Positions 25,796 to 34,776 of a stretch of 64,000 nt of DNA are shown here, piece after piece (within the stretch, counting starts at the first letter, position 1; each line of letters starts with the position of its first letter). Where the stretch lies: contig CAWDZR010000016.1 in assembly GCA_963806755.1 (NCBI GenBank), positions 247,249-311,248 of the forward strand. The letters are read 5' to 3'. Under the pieces are notes generated by a model, which saw only the letters and a list, made by a program, of their open reading frames with translations, ran no database searches and was not told where the DNA came from. The DNA is from an uncultured Gemmatimonadales bacterium (GTDB lineage: Bacteria; Gemmatimonadota; Gemmatimonadetes; Gemmatimonadales; JACORV01). The position numbers and the translations under genes were made by a program.

Positions 25796-26830
25796 TCAGT
25801 ACCCCGCCGCCAGGTCCACGGTGTTGAGCAGCTCCCGTCCCTCCCGGTACCTCGTCCAGTTCTCCACCACCAGCGCCTCCTGGCGCTCCCAGTACCGCGG
25901 CGTGACCGCCGCCGAGTGGGGGTGCACCAGCACCCGCTCGTGCGCCCAGAACGGATGGTCGGGCGGGAGCGGCTCGCGCTCGAACACGTCCAGCGCCGCG
26001 CCGCGCACCCGGCCCGACGCCAGCGCCGCCAGGAGCGCGTCGTCGTCCACGATCGCGCCGCGCGACACGTTCACCACGACCGCACCGTCGGCCAGGCACG
26101 CGAGCTGCTCCGCGCCGATGGCCTGCCGCGTGCCCGCCGTGAGCGGTGCCGTGACCACGAGGATCGCCGCGCCCTCGAGCGCCCAGTCCGCCTGGCCGGG
26201 CCCCACCGCCGAGACGCCAGGCAGCCCGCCGAGCGCCGGGCGACGCCGCACGGCCCGCACGTCGGCGCCGAGCGCCGCCAGCCGCGCCGCCACCGCCCGT
26301 CCGATGCCCCCGAGCCCGTACACGGCCGCGCGGCTGCCCGCGATCTCCCGCAGCGGGCACGGCAGGCCGGTCAGGTCGTCCTTCGCCCACCGGCGCTCGC
26401 GCTGGGCGCGCGCCGCGACGTCCATTCCGCGGAAGAAGTGCACCACCGCACCCACGACCCACTCGGCGATGGGATCGGCATGCACGCCCGCGGAATTGGT
26501 GAGGATCACGCCGCTGGCCCGGAGCAGCGGCGCGACGCTCGCGCTCACCCCCGCTGCGGCCGAGTGCGCCCAGCGCAGGGTTCCTTTCCCCGCCTCCAGC
26601 ACCGCTTCAGGAATTCCCCATCCAATGTATATCTCGGCCCCGGCGGCAACAGCCACCGCCTCGCGCGAGCCCCCGGATCCGTCCCCGTCGCTGTTGGTCG
26701 GCGCCCCGACGACGACCACCCGCCAGGCGCCGCCGCCGGCCGCGACCAGGTCGTCCACGAACGCCGCGGGCGGCCGCCAGACCGGCCGCTGCGAGGCGAG
26801 GTCCAGCACGAGGCGCCGCGGCTCGCTCAT
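25796..26830 (-). CDS. D-isomer-specific 2-hydroxyacid dehydrogenase family protein
   Basis: In-frame part of ORF 25796..27073 from ATG 26830 (ATGA overlap with the trpS stop). The NAD fold VYGLGGIGRAVAARLAALGADV, VNVSRG and HPHSAA are present. Confidence 0.85.
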   Translation of the reverse strand: MSEPRRLVLDLASQRPVWRPPAAFVDDLVAAGGGAWRVVVVGAPTNSDGDGSGGSREAVAVAAGAEIYIGWGIPEAVLEAGKGTLRWAHSAAAGVSASVAPLLRASGVILTNSAGVHADPIAEWVVGAVVHFFRGMDVAARAQRERRWAKDDLTGLPCPLREIAGSRAAVYGLGGIGRAVAARLAALGADVRAVRRRPALGGLPGVSAVGPGQADWALEGAAILVVTAPLTAGTRQAIGAEQLACLADGAVVVNVSRGAIVDDDALLAALASGRVRGAALDVFEREPLPPDHPFWAHERVLVHPHSAAVTPRYWERQEALVVENWTRYREGRELLNTVDLAAGY

Positions 26831-27837
26831 GCCCTGGGCGCAGGCGCGGGCACGGCGGCCCCGGGCGCGAATCCCATGATGTCGCGCACCCGGGCCATCG
26901 TCTCCGACGCGATCCGCCGGCAGTGGGCGGCCCCCTTCGCCAGCGCCTCGTGCACGCGCGCCGGATGCGCCTTCAACTCCTCGGCGCGCTCCCGGATCGG
27001 GGCCAGCGCCGCTATCATATTGTCCGCCAGCAGGCGCTTGCACTCCAGGCATCCCCACCCCGCCGTGCGGCACTGGACGGCGACATGCTCGATCTGGTCC
27101 GGCGAGGACAACTGCTGATGCAGGGCGTAGATGTTGCAGATCTCCGGCGTGCCCGGATCTTTCCTCGTCTTGCGCGCCGGGTCGGTCATCGCCGGACGCA
27201 GCTTCTCCCAGATCACCTCGGGCGGGTCCAGGACGCCGATCGTGTTGCCAATGCTCTTGGACATCTTCGCCTTGCCGTCGAGCCCGACGATGCGCTTGGC
27301 CTTGGACAGGATCGGCTGCGGCTCCGGGAAGAGCTCCGAGCCGAAGCGGCTGTTCCAGCGCCGCGCGATCTCGCGCGCCAGCTCCAGGTGCTGCAGCTGG
27401 TCTTCGCCCACCGGCACCCGGTCGGCCCGGTAGAGCAGGATGTCGGCCGCCTGGAGAATGGGATAGTTGAGGAGCCCGGCGGCGATGGTCTCCTCGCGCG
27501 CGGACTTGTCCTTGAACTGGGTCATGCGCTCGAGCTCGCCCAGCGGCGTCACCGAGCCGAGGGCCCAGGCCAGCTCGGTATGCTCGGGGACGTGCGACTG
27601 GACGAACAAGGCGGCGCGTTCCGGGTCGATGCCGGCCGCGAGGAGGCCGACGGCCATCTCGAACGTGCGCTGCGCCAGCTCCCGCGGCTCGTAGGACTGC
27701 GTGATCGCGTGGAGGTCCACGATGCTGAAGATGCAGTCGTGATCGGCCTGGAGGGCCACCCAGTTCCTGACGGCCCCGAGGTAGTTCCCGATGTGCAACT
27801 CGCCCGAGGGCTGGATGCCGCTGAAGACCCTGTGCAT
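26827..27837 (-). CDS. trpS: Tryptophan--tRNA ligase
   Basis: In-frame part of ORF 26827..27909 from ATG 27837. MHRVFSGIQPSGELHIGNYLGA carries the HIGH motif and KMSKS is present. Confidence 0.95.
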   Translation of the reverse strand: MHRVFSGIQPSGELHIGNYLGAVRNWVALQADHDCIFSIVDLHAITQSYEPRELAQRTFEMAVGLLAAGIDPERAALFVQSHVPEHTELAWALGSVTPLGELERMTQFKDKSAREETIAAGLLNYPILQAADILLYRADRVPVGEDQLQHLELAREIARRWNSRFGSELFPEPQPILSKAKRIVGLDGKAKMSKSIGNTIGVLDPPEVIWEKLRPAMTDPARKTRKDPGTPEICNIYALHQQLSSPDQIEHVAVQCRTAGWGCLECKRLLADNMIAALAPIRERAEELKAHPARVHEALAKGAAHCRRIASETMARVRDIMGFAPGAAVPAPAPRA

Positions 27838-27863
27838 CTGCGCAAGGTAAGGAGCGGCAGGGG

Positions 27864-28688
27864 GTGTCGCAAGTGAACGTGGACGCGGGTCAACTGCTGG
27901 CGGCGGCACAACTTGCGGCCGATCGCGCGGCTGCGTTCCTGCGCCGCGAGGAGGGCCGCCTCGGCCCGGAACACTGGACCGAGAAAGGGCGGGCGGATTT
28001 CGTCACCGACGTGGACAGGGAGTCGGAGCGGCTGATCACGGCGACCCTCTCCGAGACCGCGCCCGGCGGCACCGTGCTCGGCGAGGAGCTGACGCCGGAA
28101 ACCGCCGCGGCCGCCCTGTCGTCGCCCGGCCTCACCTGGGTGGTGGATCCCCTGGACGGCACGACGAATTTCCTGCATCGCTTCCCCTGCTACGCGGTCT
28201 CGATCGGCGCGCTGGTGGACGGGGAGCCGGTCGCCGCCGTGGTGCATCACGTGCCGGCCGGCATCCGCTATCACGCCCTGAAGGGCGGCGGCGCGTGGCA
28301 GGACGGAGTGCCGGTCGCGGTCTCGCGGGTGAAGGAGCCGCGCCAGGCGCTGATCGGCACGGGCTTCCCCTTCCGGCACGTGGAGGAGCTGCCGCGCTAC
28401 CAGCGCCAGTTCGCGGCCGTGGCGGCGAACGCCGGCGGGCTGCGGCGGCCGGGTTCGGCGGCCCTGGACCTCTGCGACGTGGCGGCCGGGCGCTTCGACG
28501 GCTTCTGGGAGCTGACGCTGGCGCCCTGGGACGTGGCCGCCGGCGTGCTCATCATTCGCGAAGCGGGCGGCGTGGTCACCGGCCTGGACGGAGAGGGCGA
28601 CGTGATCCGCCACGGCCCGATCGTTGCTGGGAATCCGGTCATCCACGCGTGGCTGCTGAAGCTGTTGACGGCCGCGCCGCCTTCGTAG
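27864..28688 (+). CDS. Inositol monophosphatase family protein (SuhB-like)
   Basis: ORF 27864..28688 (GTG). DFVTDVDRESE, WVVDPLDGTTNF and WDVAAG are present. Confidence 0.9.
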   Translation: MSQVNVDAGQLLAAAQLAADRAAAFLRREEGRLGPEHWTEKGRADFVTDVDRESERLITATLSETAPGGTVLGEELTPETAAAALSSPGLTWVVDPLDGTTNFLHRFPCYAVSIGALVDGEPVAAVVHHVPAGIRYHALKGGGAWQDGVPVAVSRVKEPRQALIGTGFPFRHVEELPRYQRQFAAVAANAGGLRRPGSAALDLCDVAAGRFDGFWELTLAPWDVAAGVLIIREAGGVVTGLDGEGDVIRHGPIVAGNPVIHAWLLKLLTAAPPS

Positions 28689-28689
28689 T

Positions 28690-28725
28690 CACACAACCTG
28701 CAACCCACCACCTACAAACCGGTTT
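28690..28725. repeat. C/A-rich heptamer array plus AAACCGGTTT palindrome directly upstream of ftcD
   Basis: CACACAA CCTGCAA CCCACCA CCTACAA (28690-28717), followed by the perfect 10-bp palindrome AAACCGGTTT (28716-28725). ATG is at 28729. No purine-rich SD is present. Confidence 0.7.
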
Positions 28726-28728
28726 CCT

Positions 28729-30234
28729 ATGCCCCTCATCGAATGCGTTCCCAACTTCAGCGAAGGCCGCAACGCCGCCGTGCTCGAGGCGCTGCGCGCC
28801 GCGCTGACGTCCGTGCCCGGCGTGCGGCTCCTGGACGCGCAGGCGGACCCGAGCCACAACCGCTCCGTCTTCACGCTGGTGGCCCCGCCGGAGGCGGCGC
28901 TGGAGGCCGCGTTCCGCGGCATCAAGCTGGCCGCCGAGCGGATCGACCTGCGGACGCACCGCGGCGAGCACCCGCGCATGGGCGCCGCGGACGTGGTGCC
29001 GTTCATCCCGCTCGAGGGCGCGACGATGGACGACTGCGTGGCGCTGGCGAAGCGGCTCGGCGAGCGTGTCGGCATGGAGCTGGCCATTCCGGTGTTCCTG
29101 TACGAGCGGGCGGCCACGCGACCCGAGCGGGCCAACCTGGCGGACGTGAGGAAGGGCGAGTTCGAGGGGCTGCGCGAGCTGATCGGCACGGATCCCGCGC
29201 ACGCGCCGGACTTCGGGCCGGCGAAGATCCACGCGACGGCCGGCGCGGTCGCGATCGGCGCCCGCCCGTTCCTCGTGGCCTACAACGTCTATCTCAAGAC
29301 CGGCGACCAGGCGATCGCGAAGGCCATCGCGAAGAAGGTCCGCACCGCGACGGGCGGGCTGCCGGCGGTGAAGGCGCTGGGGCTGCTGGTGGGCGGCGAG
29401 GCGCAGGTCTCGATGAACCTCGTGGACATCGACGTCACGCCGCCGCACGTCGCGTTCGAGGCCGTGGCGGCCGCCGCGCGCGAGCTGGGCACCGAGGCGA
29501 CGTGGAGCGAGATCGTGGGAATGGTGCCCGAGCGATGCGCGCACCAGGCGGCGGCGCGGCACCTGCTGCTCCGGGAGCCGGTGGCGGCGCACGTCCTCGA
29601 GGCCAAGGTCCGGGCGACGGCGGGTCCGACGCTCGGCGACTGGATGGACGCAGTGGCTTCGTCGAGTCCCGCGCCGGGCGGCGGCACCGTCTCGGCCATC
29701 GCGGGCGCGATGGCGGCCGGCCTGGCTGCGATGGTCGGCCGCCTCACCGTGGGCCGGAAGAAGTACGCGGCGGTGGACGGCGAGTTCCGGGCGCTGGTGG
29801 ACCGGGCCGAGGAGCTGCGCGTGCGCCTGATGCGTCTGGGGGACGAGGACGCGGCGGCCTTCAACGCGGTGAGTGCGGCGTACGCGCTGCCCAAGGAGCC
29901 GGAGGCCCCGCGGAAGGACGCGATCCAGAAGGCGTTGATGGAAGCGGCGAAGGTGCCGCTCGAGACGCTGCGCGCGGCGCGCGACGTGGCGGCGCTGGCG
30001 GCGCGGGCGGCGGAGGCCGGGAACAAGAACGCGGTGAGCGACGCGGGCGTGGGCGCGCTGCTCGCGGGCGCCGCGGCGCGCGGCGCCGCCTACAACGTGC
30101 GGATCAACGTGGCGGGGATGCCGAACCCGGCCGAGGCGGCGGCGCTGGCAGAGGAAGCCAAGCGCCTGGTCGCGGAGGCGGAGGCCGATGTCACCCGCGC
30201 GACGGGGTTCGTCGAGGCGGCCATCGGGGGCTGA
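28729..30234 (+). CDS. ftcD: Bifunctional glutamate formimidoyltransferase / formimidoyltetrahydrofolate cyclodeaminase
   Basis: ORF 28729..30234. MPLIECVPNFSEGRN..RSVFTL..HPRMGAADVVPF is the transferase domain. The C-terminal roughly 190 aa (SSSPAPGGGTVSAIAGAMAAGLAAMV..) is the cyclodeaminase domain. Confidence 0.9.
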   Translation: MPLIECVPNFSEGRNAAVLEALRAALTSVPGVRLLDAQADPSHNRSVFTLVAPPEAALEAAFRGIKLAAERIDLRTHRGEHPRMGAADVVPFIPLEGATMDDCVALAKRLGERVGMELAIPVFLYERAATRPERANLADVRKGEFEGLRELIGTDPAHAPDFGPAKIHATAGAVAIGARPFLVAYNVYLKTGDQAIAKAIAKKVRTATGGLPAVKALGLLVGGEAQVSMNLVDIDVTPPHVAFEAVAAAARELGTEATWSEIVGMVPERCAHQAAARHLLLREPVAAHVLEAKVRATAGPTLGDWMDAVASSSPAPGGGTVSAIAGAMAAGLAAMVGRLTVGRKKYAAVDGEFRALVDRAEELRVRLMRLGDEDAAAFNAVSAAYALPKEPEAPRKDAIQKALMEAAKVPLETLRAARDVAALAARAAEAGNKNAVSDAGVGALLAGAAARGAAYNVRINVAGMPNPAEAAALAEEAKRLVAEAEADVTRATGFVEAAIGG

Positions 30235-30241
30235 GGCGCCG

Positions 30242-31027
30242 CTAAACGGCCGACGGCTGCGCCGCGGGCGCCGCCGTCGGCACCGTCAGGATGCGCGCCC
30301 CATTCTCCGTGATCAGCACCGTGTGCTCGAAGTGCGCCGAGAGCGACCCGTCGGCCGTCACCACGGTCCACTTGTCCGGCAGCGTGCGCACCTGGGCACC
30401 GCCCACGTTGACCATCGGCTCGATGGCCACGGTCATCCCCGCCATCAACCGGGCGCCGCGGTGCGGCGTGCCGTAGTTCGGGATCTGCGGCTCCTCGTGG
30501 AACTGCGTCCCGATCCCGTGCCCGACCAGCTCCCGCACCACCCCGTAGCCCTCCCCCTCCGCGACCTGCTGCACGGCACTCCCGATGTCGCCGACGTGCC
30601 CGCCCGCCCGCGCCGCCGCGATCCCGGCCGCCAGCGCGCGCTCGGTCGTCGCCAGGAGCTTGCGGGCGTCCGCCGACACCTCGCCCACCATCGCGGTCAC
30701 GGCGCCGTCCCCGTGCAGGCCGCCGACGCACGCCCCCACGTCCACGCTGAGGATGTCCCCCTCGGCCAGCACCCGCTTCTTGGACGGGATGCCGTGCACC
30801 ACTTCGGCGTTGATCGAGGTGCACAGTGTCGCGGGGAAGCCGTACAGCCCCTTGAAGCTGGGGGTCGCGCCGTCGTGCGAGCGGATGAACTCCTCCGCCA
30901 GCTGGTCCAGCTCCCAGGTGGTCTGCCCCGGCGCCACCCGCGAGCGCACCAGCGCCAGCACGTCGGCCACGATGCGGCCGGCGCGCGACATCAGCTCGAT
31001 TTCCCTCGGCGACTTGATCGTGATCAC
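30242..31027 (-). CDS. map: Methionine aminopeptidase, type I
   Basis: In-frame 3' part of ORF 30242..31711. GTG 31027 (VITIKSPREIELMSRAG) overlaps the adk stop as GTGA. VVHGIP, DVGA, GHGIG and FEHTV metal ligands are present. Confidence 0.93.
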   Translation of the reverse strand: MITIKSPREIELMSRAGRIVADVLALVRSRVAPGQTTWELDQLAEEFIRSHDGATPSFKGLYGFPATLCTSINAEVVHGIPSKKRVLAEGDILSVDVGACVGGLHGDGAVTAMVGEVSADARKLLATTERALAAGIAAARAGGHVGDIGSAVQQVAEGEGYGVVRELVGHGIGTQFHEEPQIPNYGTPHRGARLMAGMTVAIEPMVNVGGAQVRTLPDKWTVVTADGSLSAHFEHTVLITENGARILTVPTAAPAAQPSAV

Positions 31028-31593
31028 GCCGCTTTGCCCACCGCCTTCCTCACCCGCGCCTGGATCTCGTCCACCGTCCCCGCGCCGGGGACGCACCGGA
31101 CGACGCCCTGGCGCTCGTAGTACGCCACCAGCGGCGCCGTCTGGGTCTGATACACCTGAAGCCGCTGTTTGATGGACTCGAGGTTGTCGTCGCTGCGGCC
31201 CTCCTTGGCCGCCCGCGCCAGGAGCCGCTTCACCAGCTCGTCCTCGGGAACCTCGAGCACCAGCACCTGGTCCACCCGCTCCTTGCGACCGGCCAGGAAC
31301 GCGTCCACCGCCTCCGCCTGCGGCACGGTGCGCGGGAACCCGTCCATCAGCATGCCGCGCCGGCCCGCCGGCGAGTCGAGGATCTCGCGGATCAGCGAGA
31401 GAATCACCTGGTCCGGCACCAGCAGCCCCTTGTCCATGTACGTCTTGGCCTCGAGGCCGAGGGGCGTCCCCTGTTTCGCCGCGGCCCGCAGCAGCTCGCC
31501 GGTCGAGATCTCCGCGATGCCCAGGTGCTGCGCGATGAGCTGGCCCTGCGTGCCCTTGCCGGAGCCGGGGGCTCCGAGGATCATGAGATGCAC
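31024..31593 (-). CDS. adk: Adenylate kinase (short form, no zinc lid)
   Basis: ORF 31024..31593. ILGAPGSGKGTQ, ISTGELLR, GFPRTVPQAE and RSDDN are present. Confidence 0.95.
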   Translation of the reverse strand: MHLMILGAPGSGKGTQGQLIAQHLGIAEISTGELLRAAAKQGTPLGLEAKTYMDKGLLVPDQVILSLIREILDSPAGRRGMLMDGFPRTVPQAEAVDAFLAGRKERVDQVLVLEVPEDELVKRLLARAAKEGRSDDNLESIKQRLQVYQTQTAPLVAYYERQGVVRCVPGAGTVDEIQARVRKAVGKAA

Positions 31594-31620
31594 GGCGATA
31601 CCTCGAAGATCGGTCCCGTG

Positions 31621-31762
31621 AGAAGAGAGAGGTGAGAGGTGAGAAGGTCAAGTGAGGGGTGAGCGGACGAAAAACGTGAGAGGTGCGGGTGGACTTCTCA
31701 CGCTGTCCCACCCCTCACCTCTCACTTGAACGTCTCACCTCTCACTGCTCACCTCTCACCTT
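31621..31762. repeat. Nested inverted repeat made of GAGAGGT/GGTGAGA heptamers and their complements in the secY-adk spacer
   Basis: The left arm is GAGAGGTGAGAGGTGAGAAGGTCAAGTGAGGGGTGAG (about 31626-31663). The right arm is CACCCCTCACCTCTCACTTGAACGTCTCACCTCTCACTGCTCACCTCTCACC (31709-31760). GTGAGGGGTG (31652-31661) perfectly complements CACCCCTCAC (31709-31718). A separate hairpin sits at the centre. Confidence 0.85.
31670..31702 (-). terminator. Intrinsic terminator between secY and adk
   Basis: On the minus strand, CGTGAGAAGT (31702..31693) pairs with ACCTCTCACG (31684..31675). This is a 10-bp stem with one G:U and an 8-nt loop, followed directly by TTTTT (31674..31670). Confidence 0.7.
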
Positions 31763-31766
31763 GCCG

Positions 31767-33077
31767 TCACATATACCGCTGCCGGCCCCGGAACCGGACC
31801 CGCCCTTCCTTCATGAACCCGTCGTACTGCCGCAGGATCATGTGCTGCTGCATCTGCTGCACCGTATCGAGCGCCACGCCGACCACGATCAGCAGTGCCG
31901 TCCCGCCGAACTTGAAGGGCACGTTGAAGGCGTCGAAGATGATGATCGGCAGGACCGCGATGGCCGTGAGGAAAATCGCCCCCGGCAGCGTCACCCGCGA
32001 CAGCACTTCGTCGATGTACTCCGCGGTGCGCGTGCCCGGCTTCACGCCGGGGATGAACCCGCCCTGCTTCTTGAGGTTCTCGGCCAGGTCCACCGGGTTG
32101 AAGATGATCGCGGTGTAGAAGTAGGTGAAGAAGATGATCAGCACCGAGTACAGGACGTAGTAGACCCACGAGCCCGGCTGGAAGTACTCGGCGAAGTCGT
32201 GCAGCACCGTGACGTTGGAGAACTGCGCCAGGGTGCCCGGCACGATGATGATGGACTGCGCGAACACGATCGGCATCACGCCCGCGGAGTTGATCCGGAG
32301 CGGGATGAAGGACTTCTGGCCTTCGCGGATCCGGCCCCGGCCCATCACCTTGCGCGGGATCTGGATCGGGATGCGCCGCGCCGCCACGGTGATGGCCACG
32401 GTGACCCACACCACCACCAGCATGATGATGGCCAGCACGATCAGCCGCGGGACGTCCACCGCGCCGGTGCGGATGTACTCGAGCGTCTTGCCGATGGCGG
32501 GCCAGCCGCCCTGCACGATCGAGAAGAAGATCAGCAGGCTCATCCCGTTGCCGAGGCCGCGCTCCGTGATCTGCTCGCCGAGCCACATCACGAAGATGCC
32601 GCCGACGGTGAGCACGAAGGTGGTGGTCATCCGGAACCCCCACCCGGGGGTCGCCACGGCACCCTGGAGCTGCTCGATGAAGATGGCGATGCCCCAGGCC
32701 TGCCCCGCGGCGAGGCCCACGGTGAGGTAGCGGGTCCACTGGGTGATCCGCTTCCGCCCCTCTTCCTCGCGGTTCAGCTTCTCGACGTACGGGAACACGG
32801 CGCCCATCAGCTGCCAGAAGATGCTGGCCGAGATGTAGGGCATGATGCCGAGCGCGAGCACGGTCGCGCGCGACAGCCCGCCCCCGACGAACATGTCGTA
32901 GATCCCGAACAGCGTGCCGCTCTGGCGGCTGAAGAACTGGGTGAGGGCGGTGACGTCCACGCCCGGGACGGTGATGTGGGAGCCGACCCGGTACAGCAGC
33001 AGGCACAGGAGCGTGAAGAGGATCTTCTCTTTGAGCTCGGGGATCTTGAACAGGTTCGGGATCCGCGGCGCGGTCAC
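31767..33077 (-). CDS. secY: Preprotein translocase subunit SecY
   Basis: ORF 31767..33077. ELKEKILFTLLCLLLYRVGSHITVPGVD, GIMPYISASI and the 10-TM profile are present. Position in the spc operon fits. Confidence 0.97.
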   Translation of the reverse strand: MTAPRIPNLFKIPELKEKILFTLLCLLLYRVGSHITVPGVDVTALTQFFSRQSGTLFGIYDMFVGGGLSRATVLALGIMPYISASIFWQLMGAVFPYVEKLNREEEGRKRITQWTRYLTVGLAAGQAWGIAIFIEQLQGAVATPGWGFRMTTTFVLTVGGIFVMWLGEQITERGLGNGMSLLIFFSIVQGGWPAIGKTLEYIRTGAVDVPRLIVLAIIMLVVVWVTVAITVAARRIPIQIPRKVMGRGRIREGQKSFIPLRINSAGVMPIVFAQSIIIVPGTLAQFSNVTVLHDFAEYFQPGSWVYYVLYSVLIIFFTYFYTAIIFNPVDLAENLKKQGGFIPGVKPGTRTAEYIDEVLSRVTLPGAIFLTAIAVLPIIIFDAFNVPFKFGGTALLIVVGVALDTVQQMQQHMILRQYDGFMKEGRVRFRGRQRYM

Positions 33078-33080
33078 CGG

Positions 33081-33554
33081 CTACTCCTCGACTCTCCCGC
33101 CGGCGCCCTCGACCTTGGCGCGCGCGGATGCGGAGACGGCGAGCCCCTTCAGCACCAGGCCCTGCGGGGCCTCGCCTTCGCCGAGCACCTTCACGGCGCG
33201 GTCGGCGTGGGCGACGAGCCCGCGCTCGGCCAGGACCGCCGCGGTGACCTCGCCGCCGGCGAACGGCGCCAGCGACCTGAGGTTCACCACCTGCGCCCGC
33301 TCCTTGAACGGGTTCGTGAACCCGCGCTTGGGGACGCGCCGGATCAGCGGCATCTGCCCGCCCTCGAAGCCGGGGCGCACGTGCCCGCCGGACCGCGCCT
33401 TCTGGCCCTTGTGGCCGTGGCCGGACGTCTTGCCGTGGCCCGAGCCGGGGCCGCGGCCCTTGCGCTTGGGAGCGTGCGTGGAGCCCCGCGGCGGCCGCAG
33501 CGACTCCAGCCCGATCCGACCGCTCCCGTGCCCCGTGCCTGTCTCGGCCATCAC
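33081..33554 (-). CDS. rplO: 50S ribosomal protein L15
   Basis: ORF 33081..33554. KRKGRGPGSGHGKTSGHGHKGQKARSGG is present and the operon position fits. Confidence 0.93.
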   Translation of the reverse strand: MMAETGTGHGSGRIGLESLRPPRGSTHAPKRKGRGPGSGHGKTSGHGHKGQKARSGGHVRPGFEGGQMPLIRRVPKRGFTNPFKERAQVVNLRSLAPFAGGEVTAAVLAERGLVAHADRAVKVLGEGEAPQGLVLKGLAVSASARAKVEGAGGRVEE

Positions 33555-33763
33555 CCCTCCTCGACCGGCGACACCTCGATGAGGTGCCGCACCAGATTCA
33601 GCATGCCGCGCATGGACGGCGTGTCGGTGACGACCACGACGTCCTGATGATGCTTGAGCCCGATGGACCGCAGCGTGGCGCGGTGCGGCGCCGGATGCCC
33701 GATGCCGCTCCTGACCTGCTTGACCCGGAGCCGGCCCCCGGCCGTGCCAGCCTTAGGCGCCAT
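33551..33763 (-). CDS. rpmD: 50S ribosomal protein L30
   Basis: ORF 33551..33763. [30 protein letters not shown] is present and the operon position fits. Confidence 0.9.
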   Translation of the reverse strand: MAPKAGTAGGRLRVKQVRSGIGHPAPHRATLRSIGLKHHQDVVVVTDTPSMRGMLNLVRHLIEVSPVEEG

Positions 33764-34400
33764 GGCCCACCTCGCCCTGCCGCGCCCGGTACCCGAGCGA
33801 CGCCGCGTCCACGCCCCGCTCCTTCGCCACCCGCTGCACCGTGGTGAGGTGCTGCAGCCCGTCGAGCGTGGCCCGCACCATGTTGTGGGGATTGGTGCTG
33901 CCCAGGCTCTTGGTGAGGATGTCCTGGACCCCGGCGCACTCGAGCACCGCGCGCACGGCCCCGCCGGCGATGACCCCGGTGCCCGAGGCCGCCGGCTTGA
34001 GGAGCACGCGCCCCGCGCCGTGCCGCCCGATGATTTCGTGCGGGATGGTCGCGCCGGTGCGCGGCACGCCGATCAGCGTGCGGCGCGCCGCCTCGACCGC
34101 CTTGCGCACCGCCTCGCTCACCTCGTTCGCCTTGCCGGTCGCGACCCCGACGTGGCCCGCGCCGTCGCCCACCGCCACCAAGGCGTTGAAGCTGAACCGC
34201 CGGCCGCCCTTCACCACCTTGGCGACGCGGTTGATGCTGATCACGTTCTCGATCAGCTCGCTCTCGCGATCCCGCTCCCGGTCGCGCCGGTCCCGGCGCG
34301 GCGCATCGCGGTGCGGCTGCTGCCCCTGCGGCCCGCGCTGCTGCTGCCCCTGCGGCCCCTGTCCCTGCGGCCCGCGCTGCTGCTGGTCCCTGTCCGCCAT
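33753..34400 (-). CDS. rpsE: 30S ribosomal protein S5 with Q/G/R-rich N-terminal extension
   Basis: ORF 33753..34400. [36 protein letters not shown] is present. The roughly 45-aa N-terminus reads [23 protein letters not shown]. Confidence 0.93.
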   Translation of the reverse strand: MADRDQQQRGPQGQGPQGQQQRGPQGQQPHRDAPRRDRRDRERDRESELIENVISINRVAKVVKGGRRFSFNALVAVGDGAGHVGVATGKANEVSEAVRKAVEAARRTLIGVPRTGATIPHEIIGRHGAGRVLLKPAASGTGVIAGGAVRAVLECAGVQDILTKSLGSTNPHNMVRATLDGLQHLTTVQRVAKERGVDAASLGYRARQGEVGHGA

Positions 34401-34403
34401 CCG

Positions 34404-34775
34404 CTAGAACTCCAGTCCGCCCTTGCGCGCGCCTTCGGCCACCGCCTTGACGCGCCCGTGATAGGCGTAGCCCGCCCGGTCAAAAACCGCCTTCGTGATC
34501 CCGCGCTCCTTCGCCCGCCCGGCCAGCGCCAGGCCCACCGCGAACCCGCGGGCGACCTTGCCGCTCTTGTCCGCCTTCACCTGCTCGGAGTTGTCGGCGA
34601 CGCCCAGCAGCACCGTGCCGCGGTCGTCGTCCACGAGGTGGGCGTAGATGTGCTTCAGCGAGCGGTAGACGACCAGCCGCGGTCGCTCCGCCGTCCCGCG
34701 CACCTTCTGCCGCACCCGCAGGTGCCGCCGGCGGCGGTGCTCGTCCGCGTTCCTGGGCTTCCGTACCGGTCTCAT
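34404..34775 (-). CDS. rplR: 50S ribosomal protein L18
   Basis: ORF 34404..34796. I prefer ATG 34775, 1 nt after the rplF stop. RLVVYRSLKHIYAHLVDD..FDRAGYAYHGRVKAVAEGAR is present. Confidence 0.9.
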   Translation of the reverse strand: MRPVRKPRNADEHRRRRHLRVRQKVRGTAERPRLVVYRSLKHIYAHLVDDDRGTVLLGVADNSEQVKADKSGKVARGFAVGLALAGRAKERGITKAVFDRAGYAYHGRVKAVAEGARKGGLEF

Positions 34776-34776
34776 G

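Noticed and set aside
14472-28712. The shared 12-mer CAACCCACCACC at 14472-14483 and 28701-28712 as evidence of a dispersed repeat family
   Set aside because: Chance 12-mer matches are expected many times over in 64 kb on two strands. The flanks do not align beyond the period-7 style. I keep this only as part of the heptamer observation.
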